This document shows positions 1 to 9,699 of a stretch of 64,000 nucleotides of DNA, piece by piece. The stretch is from an uncultured virus (IMG/VR IMGVR_UViG_3300006114_000006) (lineage: Duplodnaviria; Heunggongvirae; Uroviricota; Caudoviricetes). Location: the IMG/VR virus record IMGVR_UViG_3300006114_000006. One strand, given 5' to 3'. Within the stretch, counting starts at the first letter, position 1, and each line of letters opens with the position of its first letter. A program made the translations under genes and the position numbers. Under the pieces are notes generated by a model. That model did no database searches and was not told the DNA's origin. It worked only from the letters and a program-made list of their open reading frames with translations.

Positions 1-195
1 GAGCATGGCATGTTAGACAGCTATGACTTATCGGATGAAGCCAAGCTGGATGTAGTCAACTTCGTAGACGAGTACAAGGCTCGTATGCGTGAGCTGAGCC
101 TGCGTACAGTACTTAAGGTAGCAGACTTGCGTGTCAGCTTTCCAGACACATGGCGGGCAGTAGCAGAGGTTACATGTATGCGTGGTAGCCGCTAA
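1..195 (+). CDS. C-terminal end of a phage protein (probably AAA-type ATPase), 5'-truncated by window edge
   Basis: Frame is open from the window start; 'RELSLRTVLKVADL' resembles an AAA lid/sensor-2 segment; no Walker motifs visible in window. Confidence 0.45.
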   Translation, partial: EHGMLDSYDLSDEAKLDVVNFVDEYKARMRELSLRTVLKVADLRVSFPDTWRAVAEVTCMRGSR

Positions 196-213
196 GGGCT
201 AGCATACAGTAAG

Positions 214-341
214 GCTGGGGCACTACTATACTAGAACAGCCCCAGCAGACAGACGCCTGCGTGATTCGCTCCCACTAGGCAGTCAGTTGGTCCCCAACAT
301 GATAAATCCGATTCGCTCCCGGTCATGTTGGGGATTTTTTT
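214..341 (+). ncRNA. Three-hairpin structured element ending in an intrinsic terminator
   Basis: GCTGGGGC(214-221)/GCCCCAGC(239-246); hairpin 252-284; 12-bp perfect stem TCCCCAACATGA(291-302)/TCATGTTGGGGA(323-334) followed by T7; hairpins 2 and 3 share loop ATTCGCTCC. Confidence 0.55.
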
Positions 342-640
342 GGCTCAAGGTCGGCGGTGTGATGAAGAAGAATTTGACCAGGGCGGGGCATATATATACA
401 AAATGATTTATTAACTAGCTAAACTGCATGGGTACCGAAGTATTTTCACCCCTCTAAAACTATAAGTACTTCTTTTTAATTTTTCGCGAGCCAAGTTTTT
501 GCCCTGTAAAATACCCCTCGGTCCAGCTCAAGTACTTCACCAAAATTTTTCGCACACAATTTTTTTGATCCTGTAAGACCCATTCGGCTATATACACTAT
601 GGATACACATGTTGTCATTTCCCGAATCATAACCGCTATA

Positions 641-802
641 ATGAGTCTCTTAGACAGTGCCAATCTGCGTAATCGTGTCTACACGCAACAACAGCGTATA
701 GAACAGTTAGAATTGGCCTTGGAAGATATAGATCGTATTAACACTAATAACGCACATGCTCAGCACTTGATTGCTGGCATTGTTGCTAGAACTCGCCAAT
801 AG
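641..802 (+). CDS. Small hypothetical coiled-coil protein (start at 641 or 599)
   Basis: ORF with heptad-like QQQRIEQLELALEDI; abuts the convergent gene's stop. Confidence 0.55.
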   Translation: MSLLDSANLRNRVYTQQQRIEQLELALEDIDRINTNNAHAQHLIAGIVARTRQ

Positions 803-1978
803 TTACATCTGCTTATTACGGCTACCAGTATCTGCCCAATTACCAGCGCCTGAATCAAATCCTATAGTTTGTCCAATGTGTTCTTTCTTTGGCTGATTTT
901 GGCTTCTAATTCTAGCCAACTCTGCATCTTCACCTTGGTTTAATCCTGAAGTATATGTGGCCATAAAGAATGCCAGTCCCGCTGGACTTGTTGCTATCGT
1001 CCACAACTGTTCTAAATCACTGGCTATACTGGCTCCCCATTTGACCATGGGTAAATTGGCATATTCACCAGCTTTTTGCAATACTGTAATAGCGGCAGAG
1101 GGCAGTTGTCCCTTGGCAGCTTCTACAGCCAAACGACTTATTGTAGGACCAAACTGACTCCAGTCGAATCCCAAACCTTCCACAATTGACTGCATGTCTG
1201 CATGTTCGTCCAGCTCATGAGCATCAAACACTATGACATCATCGCCATTGACATCTTCATGGTGTACTAGCTGTATTTGATCCGATCCATCTTCCACTTC
1301 ACTAATACCCCATCCCATGCGATCCAGTGTGTGTTCTATGGCCTGTTGCACATGATCACTGCCTTGATACCACATGCGAGCCAGCTTTTTAAACTGATCG
1401 TAATCGTCATCTCCGGGTGTTACAGCAAATTCTTGTAGACTTTCACAGTGCCATTTACGTAGACTCTTGTTTATACGACTGTTGGGATCATGAGCTGTTT
1501 TACCACTGGTATTGTGCTTTTTCATACCCGTCATACGAGCACAGAAACTGGCACGTCGTTTGGCATCTTTTGAACCTTTCTTTAATTTACTGGGCTTGGT
1601 AGTTACAGCAGTTTGTAACTTTGATCCAGGATGCTCCGCACGATAGCTGGCAACACCTTTCTTGTTAAGGCCGCCATTTTTGTTCTTGCCTGAGCTCTTT
1701 TGCCATGCGGCTGTTTCCATTATACGTTGATCCTGTGCTCGTTCTGCACCCATGCCCATGTCTTGATTGTCAACATAGTTTTCTTCTGTGGGCACACAGT
1801 TGGGCACAGTGGCACCACCTTTCTTTTTGGTACCCACAGGATGATAGCCCTTCCAGCAGGGGTTGTTGCTACGTAGGCTCTTCCGCTTTTCAGCTAGGGT
1901 GCGGGCTTGTTCTTCTATGGTCCATATACGGTACAAGAAGTCTTCCATTATGATTGAATCTAGGCTTTTTTTCGTCAT
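803..1978 (-). CDS. Mosaic virion/internal-head-type protein with DUF6321-like basic domain and 'PCWKGY...VPNCV' motif
   Basis: AWQKSSGKNKNGGLNKKG...RRASFCARM segment; repeated (I/L)xE sites between modules; TAAATA 4 nt upstream of ATG. Confidence 0.65.
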   Translation of the reverse strand: MTKKSLDSIIMEDFLYRIWTIEEQARTLAEKRKSLRSNNPCWKGYHPVGTKKKGGATVPNCVPTEENYVDNQDMGMGAERAQDQRIMETAAWQKSSGKNKNGGLNKKGVASYRAEHPGSKLQTAVTTKPSKLKKGSKDAKRRASFCARMTGMKKHNTSGKTAHDPNSRINKSLRKWHCESLQEFAVTPGDDDYDQFKKLARMWYQGSDHVQQAIEHTLDRMGWGISEVEDGSDQIQLVHHEDVNGDDVIVFDAHELDEHADMQSIVEGLGFDWSQFGPTISRLAVEAAKGQLPSAAITVLQKAGEYANLPMVKWGASIASDLEQLWTIATSPAGLAFFMATYTSGLNQGEDAELARIRSQNQPKKEHIGQTIGFDSGAGNWADTGSRNKQM

Positions 1979-1982
1979 ACTG

Positions 1983-1988
1983 TATTTA
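1983..1988 (-). promoter_or_regulatory. T4-type late promoter core TAAATA (leaderless)
   Basis: TAAATA-cagt-ATG on minus strand. Confidence 0.6.
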
Positions 1989-2107
1989 TTCGTCCAGGGC
2001 TACAGCTAGCAGAACTTGCGTTGTCCGCTACGCTTCGCGTAGGCTACTGGAAATTTTTCCGCTTTCAGCTTCGCCGATAAAATTTTCTGCCGGGCCTGAT
2101 GGCCTGC

Positions 2108-2113
2108 TAAATA
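2108..2113 (+). promoter_or_regulatory. Late promoter core TAAATA (leaderless)
   Basis: TAAATA-tctgc-ATG(2119). Confidence 0.6.
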
Positions 2114-2118
2114 TCTGC

Positions 2119-2718
2119 ATGATACACAACTTATTCCCCATTCCCCTATACATGAGCCGTGCCAGCGATCCTGCCAGTTTGGCCCAGGAACTTGAGCAAG
2201 CACAGAATCGAATCACATGGGCTGATTCCGGTGAGCTGGATGATCAACATCCTATCACTACTGTTACCTACTTTGATGACGTTATAGCATCAGCTCAACT
2301 GGACTTGTTTGCGGCTGAACTTGAATATCATCTAGCTGAATACTGTCGTGAGCTAGATTTCACTGTGATTGCTCATGATCGTGCCAGTTGGCTAGCTGAG
2401 TACAATAGGAATGATTTCAGTGCCAGTCATGATCATGGAACTGCTGACATTGCCGGAGTCTACTACTATCAAACCACCGGGGATGATGGCAATATCTACT
2501 TTGAACGCCCTGGACAAGAACATACCAGTTTGGCTTTTACAGATCTGGGTGATCGTTTTGAAATGCGTCCTGTTGAAGGTATGATTTTACTGTTTCCTGG
2601 ATGGCTACGTCATGGCGTTACCAAAAACACAACAGACGACACACGCAAGGTCATCAGCTTTAACATTTGGTTTGACCGTACTGCGTGGATCAAACAGCAA
2701 CTAGGTCCAGGTAAGTAA
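2119..2718 (+). CDS. Putative 2OG-Fe(II) oxygenase (TIGR02466-like)
   Basis: MIHNLFPIPLY start; HDH...GVYY...LFPGWLRHGV...RKVISFN motifs; start moved to 2119 by the TAAATA box. Confidence 0.85.
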   Translation: MIHNLFPIPLYMSRASDPASLAQELEQAQNRITWADSGELDDQHPITTVTYFDDVIASAQLDLFAAELEYHLAEYCRELDFTVIAHDRASWLAEYNRNDFSASHDHGTADIAGVYYYQTTGDDGNIYFERPGQEHTSLAFTDLGDRFEMRPVEGMILLFPGWLRHGVTKNTTDDTRKVISFNIWFDRTAWIKQQLGPGK

Positions 2719-2955
2719 AAACAGTGTACGATGTTTGTCGTACTTGAAGGCCACTCCCACGTGGTAACACTCCTGTGCCCAGTGCCATGCCCAACGCTGA
2801 TACTTGGGACCTGTGTAGTTTAACAGCCAGTGTTCTATACTGGTTACACCCGTAATCCAATCTAATTGCTGGCCATGAGTACCTGGCCATTGAATATCAG
2901 CTATGAATTCAAAGTTGTGCTGGTCTGGGAAGTAATCCCTGGGGTTAGCATACAT
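2701..2955 (-). CDS. Small Trp-rich hypothetical protein
   Basis: TAAATA(2961-2966) 5 nt before ATG 2955; ends 'TLFLLTW', a common phage small-protein ending. Confidence 0.65.
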   Translation of the reverse strand: MYANPRDYFPDQHNFEFIADIQWPGTHGQQLDWITGVTSIEHWLLNYTGPKYQRWAWHWAQECYHVGVAFKYDKHRTLFLLTWT

Positions 2956-2976
2956 ACAAATATTTACACCAGCCAT

Positions 2977-3005
2977 AAAAAAAGCACCACGAATGGTGCT
3001 TTTTT
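2977..3005 (-). terminator. Rho-independent terminator (possibly bidirectional)
   Basis: A7-GCACCA-cgaa-TGGTGC-T6; UUCG loop on minus strand, just after stop of 3012..8420. Confidence 0.85.
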
Positions 3006-3011
3006 ATCATA

Positions 3012-6000
3012 TTAGGCTTGAGCTTCGCCCCAACGTAGAACCAAGTTGGTTGAAATTGGAGCACCCTGTGTAATATAAGCATTAATAAACAAAGTATCAC
3101 ACCCGTTGGGATATGTACCACGTCCACCAATTGGAGTATTGGTAAGTTCTTTCAAGTTACTCAAATCCAATGCGTCCTTGTTGGCTGGTGAGTTAATGTA
3201 GGAAAACACAGTTTCGCCAGGCAGTGCGTATGTACCGCGACTGCACTGAACTGTTGTACCAGTACCACCGTATAAAATAACCGGAGCCAACAATGCTTGG
3301 TTAATAGTAATACCATAGTAAATTGCTGTGGTTGCTGTGGTTGTATTTTGGCTTACGTTGACATAGTATGTACCTGCACCGCCTGTACCTGATCCGTTGG
3401 CAATAATATATGTGTTAGCACTGACACTACCACCTGCCAACAAACTACCCACTGTAACCACACCGCTTGGAGTACCTGTTACTGTCATGATAACTGCGGT
3501 ACCTGTCACAGTCACGTTACCAATGGTCTGTGTAACTGATACACCCCAAGTTCCAACTCCAGAACCTGTACCAGTAATGTTGTTGGTAATGTAAGTACCT
3601 GAACCCAAGCTAGTACCAGTCAACAACATACCTATTGTAACAGTACCTGAACCCACTGCGGTAATAGTCATAACGTTACCGGCAAAGTTGGCAGTAAAAC
3701 TACAGGTTGTTGTGTTAGATATAGTGGCAGTAATACCAGCAGAAGTTGTTACTAGACTGGAAACTTTGGTCAAACCATACAGTGATGCAGTACTGGTTGG
3801 GAAATAAACGTCGTCACCCACTTGTACTGTTGTACTGGTTGGATTACCAATCAAAGGTATAGCACTAGTGCCAGCCGGAACATATATTGGACATACTAGA
3901 TAGTTGTTGACAGCATTACTGAAAATAATACTGGTACCAGATGCCACTTGACTGAAACTTGGCTGTCCAGTTGGGTTAACTGCTGAATTTAAACTGTTAA
4001 AGCTGACGTTGGTCAAAGCAGGGAAGTTGCTAGGATTAATAACACCCTCAACCACAATGGCCGCGTTAGTACCACCTGAACCAGATGATGATTCCAGCTG
4101 TTGTAGCAAGAAACTAGCACGGTTAATGAGTTCACGTGCTCCAAGATCGCCTGACAAGGCATTACTTACACTGGGTGCTAGACGAATAGCAAACGCTGTA
4201 GTCTTCTTAGTTGTAAGCGGAACGTTGGTAACCTGATAGTTGAAAATGTATGAACGGTCTGCATCAAATCCGCCGTCTTCAATAAATGCCGCGCCCCAGT
4301 GACTGACAATAGGACTGGCACAACCATTAACCAATACTACACCAGTTTGTACTGCATGACTTGCGGCTGCACCTGCTGTAAATGTTCTATAACCACCACT
4401 TGCCCATGGCACTATAGTAACTGCTCGAGTTAATCCTGTCAACGCATTAATGGTCAACGATGTAACAGTGCCAGTGGCCGCGGCGTTAACTTGAGTCATC
4501 ACAGTTACGCCCACATTGGCTAGGCTAGTGGCCAGGGTGATAGTAGCACCATCTATAACTGTGTTTACATAGTAAGTAGTGTTGACTTGTATGTTACCTA
4601 AGTTGTTGGTGTTGCTGTTGTAACTCATAAACACAATAGGTTGTCCTACAGCCATATTAGTAGTTGAACCAACTGTTACAGTATTACCCGTTGCACTGGT
4701 AGCTGTGGCTTGTGTATTAATTTTACCTTTATAAGTTATCAATTCATTGTCAATATAAATTGTACAGGCTGTTAGTGTTGGCAGTGGGAAATATGTAGAA
4801 TCAAATACAGTTACAGTTGTATCGCTAACACCCAGTGGACTTGATCCAACAATAAAACTACGGGCGCCTTCATTTTGCACTTCATAACGTACCGGCATGT
4901 TACCTGCTCGCATCCAAGCTTCGTTGTTTAAGTTGTTGTTACGCAAACGATGTACAGTTACATATTTGCCCTCGGGACCACGCATCATCCAGTCAATAAA
5001 TCCAGCACCATACCATGTCCATTGCATGGCCACCATTTGCATTTTAGTTGGAATAATTTGATAACCACTTGGGTTGTATATGCTGTTGGATCCGTCCATA
5101 CGGTCCACGTTCCACTGATTTTGTGGAATAATACGATCTACAGTTTTTGTACCTTTAATACCCTGTGCATTACTGTATCCACGCCATTGAGGGTTAATAT
5201 ACATTAAAGTATCGCTAACAACTTGAATAACGGTATGACTCATACCACGTATAACAATTTTGTCGCCTACAAACAACTGACTTGTAAAACGTGTGTTAAC
5301 TCCAATAACTTGTCCTGAACCAATCACAACAGAAAAAGTACCTGCTAACTGGAATGTGCTAGAACGTTTGACCACGCTGACCACTTGGCCATCATACTGG
5401 AAAAATACTCCATTTTGTTCGTCGTATGTGCCTGAACGCACTACTGCACCATACCAGTTGTTTAAACTTAATAAACAAGGATCGCCAATTGCGGCACCAA
5501 TTAATCCAGTAGGTGCACCTAACGTTTGATTAGCTAACACTTGTAATGTACGTTCGTCGATAATGTTGACTACAGTATATGTACCATTGTATCCTGTTGT
5601 TATAATACCACTAAGTGTTACACTAGTACCTTGCTGACAACCGTGATCTACGTCGTCGGTTGTGATAGTTAATACTGGAGTTAATATAGCCGTGGCAGTC
5701 AGAGACCCCGATTGGGTAACAGATGTAATTGCTGTTCCTGCCATGGCGTTTGCATAAGAACTGGCTAGTGTAATACTAGTTCCAGTACCGCCAACTGCAA
5801 TATAGTATGTACCGGCTGTTAATCCCACTGCACCATTTAATGATACGTTTGATATTATTAATGCCTGTCCTTGTACATAGGTACCGCTAGTAATTACAAC
5901 AGATCCGTTAGTATTAGCCACAGTGATTGACAACCCTGTAGCATAATTTTGACCTGTAGCAACTGCACTACGTACAAAGTAATTTGGTGCCATTAGTAAA

Positions 6001-8420
6001 CCAGTATTAAAGTTAATTGCTTTACCTGATTGATAACGTATGTATTTCTTGCTCATACGGATGGCCTGTGTTGCATAAGCTGGGCCACCTGTACCTAATT
6101 GTACTCCGCCGTCGAACGGTCTATGTGAATAAAAACTATCAGGACGAGCATAAATTTGAGCAGAAACTGTACCGGTTATAACTCCTGCACCGCGAGCAGT
6201 ATATGTAAATGTTGTAGGGCTTGTTACTGCCTCAACGAAGAAAGGACCATTTGCTAATGTATTGTTGTTAGTTCCGTTTTCGCTATTTACTACAACGTTG
6301 ATTGTTTCACCTGGAGTAAATCCATGCGGACTTGTTGTGTTAACTGTAATGGTAGGATTGACGTTAACAGCTGAAAATGTACTGCTAGATCCTACTGTGG
6401 CCGATTGACTTATACTATAAGTACCTTGCTGGTATGCTGTATAAAAATTATAAGTACCTGAACCAGCACTACTGAACACATTGGATAAAGTAATAACACT
6501 ACCAACAATGCCTGTAACAAATGTTGAGTTAGGAATACCAGTTCCTGACACAATTTGTCCAACTACAATATTTGTAGGACTGTTTACTGTAAAACTATAT
6601 GTACCTGCTGTTCCGCCAGCAGTTAAAGTTGGACTTACTACAGGACTTGCGCCGGTAGGAGTCAATTGAATAATGATAGAAGTTGCACTAGGAACTGTAG
6701 CAGTACCAGAAGACAATCCTTGTCCAGGAGCAAGAACTCCGCTTGTCACAGAACTAACTGTTAAAACTTTTCCTGAAATTGTTCCAGCAAAACTGGCAAC
6801 AGAACTAGGTGTAGTATATGTTATTGTTGGAGGAGAAATAGCTACCGCCCACAAATATCCTGTACTGTTAGTTAAGACTACGTTTGTACCAACAGTTACG
6901 TTCATTGGGCTACCAGAATACACAGCAGTAGTTTGAGTTGCTAGTACTAGTCCGTTTAAACTGGTTGGACTAGTAAGACTTAATTGTGCATAGTTACTGT
7001 CTAAGATTGCATAAATGTAATATGTTCCAGCTAATAAGTTACCAATAGTAGTACCACTGATACTGACTGTTTCACCTACTACCATGTTAGTAGTGCCGCC
7101 AACAGATACACCATTTAAAATATAGTTACTAAAATAAACTCCGTTGGATAACGCATTGGTACCAGTAATTGTTGTAGTATATTGTTGTTGTAAACTAACT
7201 GTAATTTGATTACCGCTAATACCTGAAATATAATATTGTGTACCAGAAGTTAGATTGCCAAAGTTGCCGCCTCCAACAACTGCCATGTTACCACCATTAA
7301 CCGTAGCAGAAGGTGTAAAATTAGACCCACCGCTGGCAAGACTTATAGTAATCGTACTGGTGTTGATAATACCAGTTATGTAATATGTGACACCATTTAA
7401 TAATCCTCCGAATGGTGCTCCAGAGAATGTCACAGGCATACCGGTTACCATACCAACAGTAGTTCCAACAGAAATATAACCAGTTGATGCGTTGGTTGCA
7501 AATGCATTGGTATTGATAGTATTAAACGTGATAGGACTACCTTGAGTCATACCAGTAGTTGAGCCAAGTGTAATTTGATAAGTTACACCACTAGTTGCTG
7601 TTGCTGTTGTATTAAGGACTGCATTTATATTCGATCCACTATAAAACCCGCCCTGACGAAGTTGAATAAAGGCAGTCCAAATATTATCACCGTTAGTAAA
7701 ACCTACTTTACCTTTTGCTATGTATGTAAACGATGTTGAGTTTATTATTTGATAAACAACAAAAGATCCTTCAGCACGATCATAGCCAGTGTAAGCACTA
7801 TTAAATCCTCTAATAGTGATTGGCTGCCCTACACTATATCCGTGAACACTAGCAGTGGTAATTGTAATAACTGATTCTGATGTAGTTAGTCCACCGCCAC
7901 CAGAACTTGCGTCTGTTGTTGCGGCAGTCACTGTTAAATCTGTTCCTGGAATTTCATAGATTGCAGGAACACTACGTTGCTGACTAATGGTCAACCACTT
8001 AGTCGGTTGCATACCATACTCAAAGTCAGCATCTAATAATGATTGCGGAGAAGCAACACGTTGACGTTCAAACGCATCGGTTCCTACTTCTGGACTACGT
8101 ACATATTGAAATGGCTGTTCATACAATATCTGTAATGTATCAGTTGATGCCATGCCAGTAGTTGTACCTGCTGCCAAGGTGATAATAGTAACACCGTCTG
8201 AGTTATCTAATGCGTCTGGGAAACTAATATCGTTAATACCACGTAAAAAAGAAACAGTTGTACCAGTATAAGTTGTATCTGCAAAATTATAAAGTATTGT
8301 GTTTCGTGTGGTATTTGTAATTACTAGAAACTGTTGTAGATCATATTTTCCAGGTATTTCTATTGTACCGGCGCCAGCCACTGGTGTAAAAATATATTGT
8401 CTAAGCTGTGCTTTTGCCAT
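3012..8420 (-). CDS. Large virion structural protein (fibre/baseplate-associated), 1802 aa
   Basis: T/G/S/V-rich beta modules repeated ('GM..GQPI.F..FGNL..GT.YYI'); GGAGA SD and upstream TAAATA (8443-8448). Confidence 0.8.
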   Translation of the reverse strand: MAKAQLRQYIFTPVAGAGTIEIPGKYDLQQFLVITNTTRNTILYNFADTTYTGTTVSFLRGINDISFPDALDNSDGVTIITLAAGTTTGMASTDTLQILYEQPFQYVRSPEVGTDAFERQRVASPQSLLDADFEYGMQPTKWLTISQQRSVPAIYEIPGTDLTVTAATTDASSGGGGLTTSESVITITTASVHGYSVGQPITIRGFNSAYTGYDRAEGSFVVYQIINSTSFTYIAKGKVGFTNGDNIWTAFIQLRQGGFYSGSNINAVLNTTATATSGVTYQITLGSTTGMTQGSPITFNTINTNAFATNASTGYISVGTTVGMVTGMPVTFSGAPFGGLLNGVTYYITGIINTSTITISLASGGSNFTPSATVNGGNMAVVGGGNFGNLTSGTQYYISGISGNQITVSLQQQYTTTITGTNALSNGVYFSNYILNGVSVGGTTNMVVGETVSISGTTIGNLLAGTYYIYAILDSNYAQLSLTSPTSLNGLVLATQTTAVYSGSPMNVTVGTNVVLTNSTGYLWAVAISPPTITYTTPSSVASFAGTISGKVLTVSSVTSGVLAPGQGLSSGTATVPSATSIIIQLTPTGASPVVSPTLTAGGTAGTYSFTVNSPTNIVVGQIVSGTGIPNSTFVTGIVGSVITLSNVFSSAGSGTYNFYTAYQQGTYSISQSATVGSSSTFSAVNVNPTITVNTTSPHGFTPGETINVVVNSENGTNNNTLANGPFFVEAVTSPTTFTYTARGAGVITGTVSAQIYARPDSFYSHRPFDGGVQLGTGGPAYATQAIRMSKKYIRYQSGKAINFNTGLLMAPNYFVRSAVATGQNYATGLSITVANTNGSVVITSGTYVQGQALIISNVSLNGAVGLTAGTYYIAVGGTGTSITLASSYANAMAGTAITSVTQSGSLTATAILTPVLTITTDDVDHGCQQGTSVTLSGIITTGYNGTYTVVNIIDERTLQVLANQTLGAPTGLIGAAIGDPCLLSLNNWYGAVVRSGTYDEQNGVFFQYDGQVVSVVKRSSTFQLAGTFSVVIGSGQVIGVNTRFTSQLFVGDKIVIRGMSHTVIQVVSDTLMYINPQWRGYSNAQGIKGTKTVDRIIPQNQWNVDRMDGSNSIYNPSGYQIIPTKMQMVAMQWTWYGAGFIDWMMRGPEGKYVTVHRLRNNNLNNEAWMRAGNMPVRYEVQNEGARSFIVGSSPLGVSDTTVTVFDSTYFPLPTLTACTIYIDNELITYKGKINTQATATSATGNTVTVGSTTNMAVGQPIVFMSYNSNTNNLGNIQVNTTYYVNTVIDGATITLATSLANVGVTVMTQVNAAATGTVTSLTINALTGLTRAVTIVPWASGGYRTFTAGAAASHAVQTGVVLVNGCASPIVSHWGAAFIEDGGFDADRSYIFNYQVTNVPLTTKKTTAFAIRLAPSVSNALSGDLGARELINRASFLLQQLESSSGSGGTNAAIVVEGVINPSNFPALTNVSFNSLNSAVNPTGQPSFSQVASGTSIIFSNAVNNYLVCPIYVPAGTSAIPLIGNPTSTTVQVGDDVYFPTSTASLYGLTKVSSLVTTSAGITATISNTTTCSFTANFAGNVMTITAVGSGTVTIGMLLTGTSLGSGTYITNNITGTGSGVGTWGVSVTQTIGNVTVTGTAVIMTVTGTPSGVVTVGSLLAGGSVSANTYIIANGSGTGGAGTYYVNVSQNTTTATTAIYYGITINQALLAPVILYGGTGTTVQCSRGTYALPGETVFSYINSPANKDALDLSNLKELTNTPIGGRGTYPNGCDTLFINAYITQGAPISTNLVLRWGEAQA

Positions 8421-8485
8421 TCAAATCTCCGTATCTTGTTTATATTTATCAAACCCATACTAGCACATAATATTGTTAAGGTCAC

Positions 8486-8510
8486 AAAAAAACCCGTAAC
8501 TAGTACGGGT
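8486..8510 (-). terminator. Rho-independent terminator
   Basis: ACCCGTA/TACGGGT stem with A-run (U-tract on minus strand). Confidence 0.75.
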
Positions 8511-8530
8511 ATTTTGTTTAGTCTAATTAA

Positions 8531-9235
8531 TTAAACTGGAACTTCTTCCCACAATAAACGACCAGCAAAGCTGAATGATGTTGTAGCCGCTGTGTTGTAT
8601 AAAGCTAGTACGCCACCTGGTGGAATAATTAATTGTCCATCAAAGTTTTGTACGCTTGTTAATCCTGGAGCAACTGATGTGTTGGCAATAGTACCAAGCT
8701 GTATTGCTCCGCCACTTTGGAAGTCAGCAACTTCTAAAGCTGTCAATGGGTTAGTTAAACCAGTAAGAGCAGTAGCGCCGGCAAAACCTTTAGTTTGTGA
8801 ACCAGCTTGTGTCAATGTCTTGCTGTTGAATGGTGCTAGACCAGTTGAAATTGCACTGTTACCTGTACCTACATACCAAACTAATGCACCAAATGGTGTT
8901 GGTGTTGTTACAGTATTATAAAATGCTGAAAATTGAGCTTGTGTCAAAACAGCGTTAACACCTGAAGTTACCGGGTTCCAAATACCTAGCATTGGAGTAC
9001 CTGTTGCGGCTGTTGCTAGTGTAGCTGAACCACCTGTTGCAGTACCGTGTGTCGATGAACCTGCAATAATAGCAGTTGTACCAGTTCTAAATGTGTTACC
9101 ACGGTATGTCTGCTCATAAAAACGATCATGTAATTCTGTTACGATTACATCGCCTAATTGTCCTTGACGGATTGCTGGGGTAGCGCCTGGTTGGTTTGAA
9201 CCAGCTGGTGCGCCTACTTGTCCTTGAATTAACAT
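8531..9235 (-). CDS. Virion structural protein (hypothetical)
   Basis: AGGAG SD, T/G/A-rich, within structural operon. Confidence 0.7.
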   Translation of the reverse strand: MLIQGQVGAPAGSNQPGATPAIRQGQLGDVIVTELHDRFYEQTYRGNTFRTGTTAIIAGSSTHGTATGGSATLATAATGTPMLGIWNPVTSGVNAVLTQAQFSAFYNTVTTPTPFGALVWYVGTGNSAISTGLAPFNSKTLTQAGSQTKGFAGATALTGLTNPLTALEVADFQSGGAIQLGTIANTSVAPGLTSVQNFDGQLIIPPGGVLALYNTAATTSFSFAGRLLWEEVPV

Positions 9236-9247
9236 TCTTAAATCTCC

Positions 9248-9691
9248 TTAATTGATCGGGTTATTATTGACAGAGTTTACGTCATTACGTAACCCGTCTA
9301 TATCGTCATTAATATTTAGCCCCTGTGCTAAAATTACGTTCATTACTCTTAGTTCTTGTAGAATCTGATCCAGCGATTCCTGCATTTTTTGGGCTTGTCC
9401 GCCGTATTCTGCTAAGAAATTACTTTCAAAACCAGGAGCAGTATCATAATAAACGTTTAGTTTATCAGTTGAGCTAAATGTACTAGTATTAAGTGTCAGC
9501 GTAACTATTGATCCACTTGCTGTAGCACCTAAGCCAGGAGCACCGGCAACATATAAAGGAGTGTTTTGTGTAGTATCGATTACACCATACAATTTACTGA
9601 AACTGAATCCAGGGTAGTTTGTAAAGTTTAATGTACCAACTCCGCCAGCACCTGGTGTAAAAATTGGTTGAAAATTTAATAGTTGTTTCAT
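9248..9691 (-). CDS. Hypothetical structural protein
   Basis: N-terminus 'IFTPGAGGVGTL' resembles N-terminus of 3012..8420 ('IFTPVAGAGTI'); C-terminal coiled coil. Confidence 0.65.
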   Translation of the reverse strand: MKQLLNFQPIFTPGAGGVGTLNFTNYPGFSFSKLYGVIDTTQNTPLYVAGAPGLGATASGSIVTLTLNTSTFSSTDKLNVYYDTAPGFESNFLAEYGGQAQKMQESLDQILQELRVMNVILAQGLNINDDIDGLRNDVNSVNNNPIN

Positions 9692-9699
9692 ATTTGTCC

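Noticed and set aside
250..335. tRNA gene (TTCG looks like a T-loop)
   Set aside because: No cloverleaf, acceptor stem or GTTCRA consensus; only independent hairpins
1954..2118. N-terminal 55 codons of ORF 1954..2718 (similarly the extensions at 15449, 24242, 41291)
   Set aside because: They overlap divergent genes or promoters; better starts exist behind promoter or SD signals
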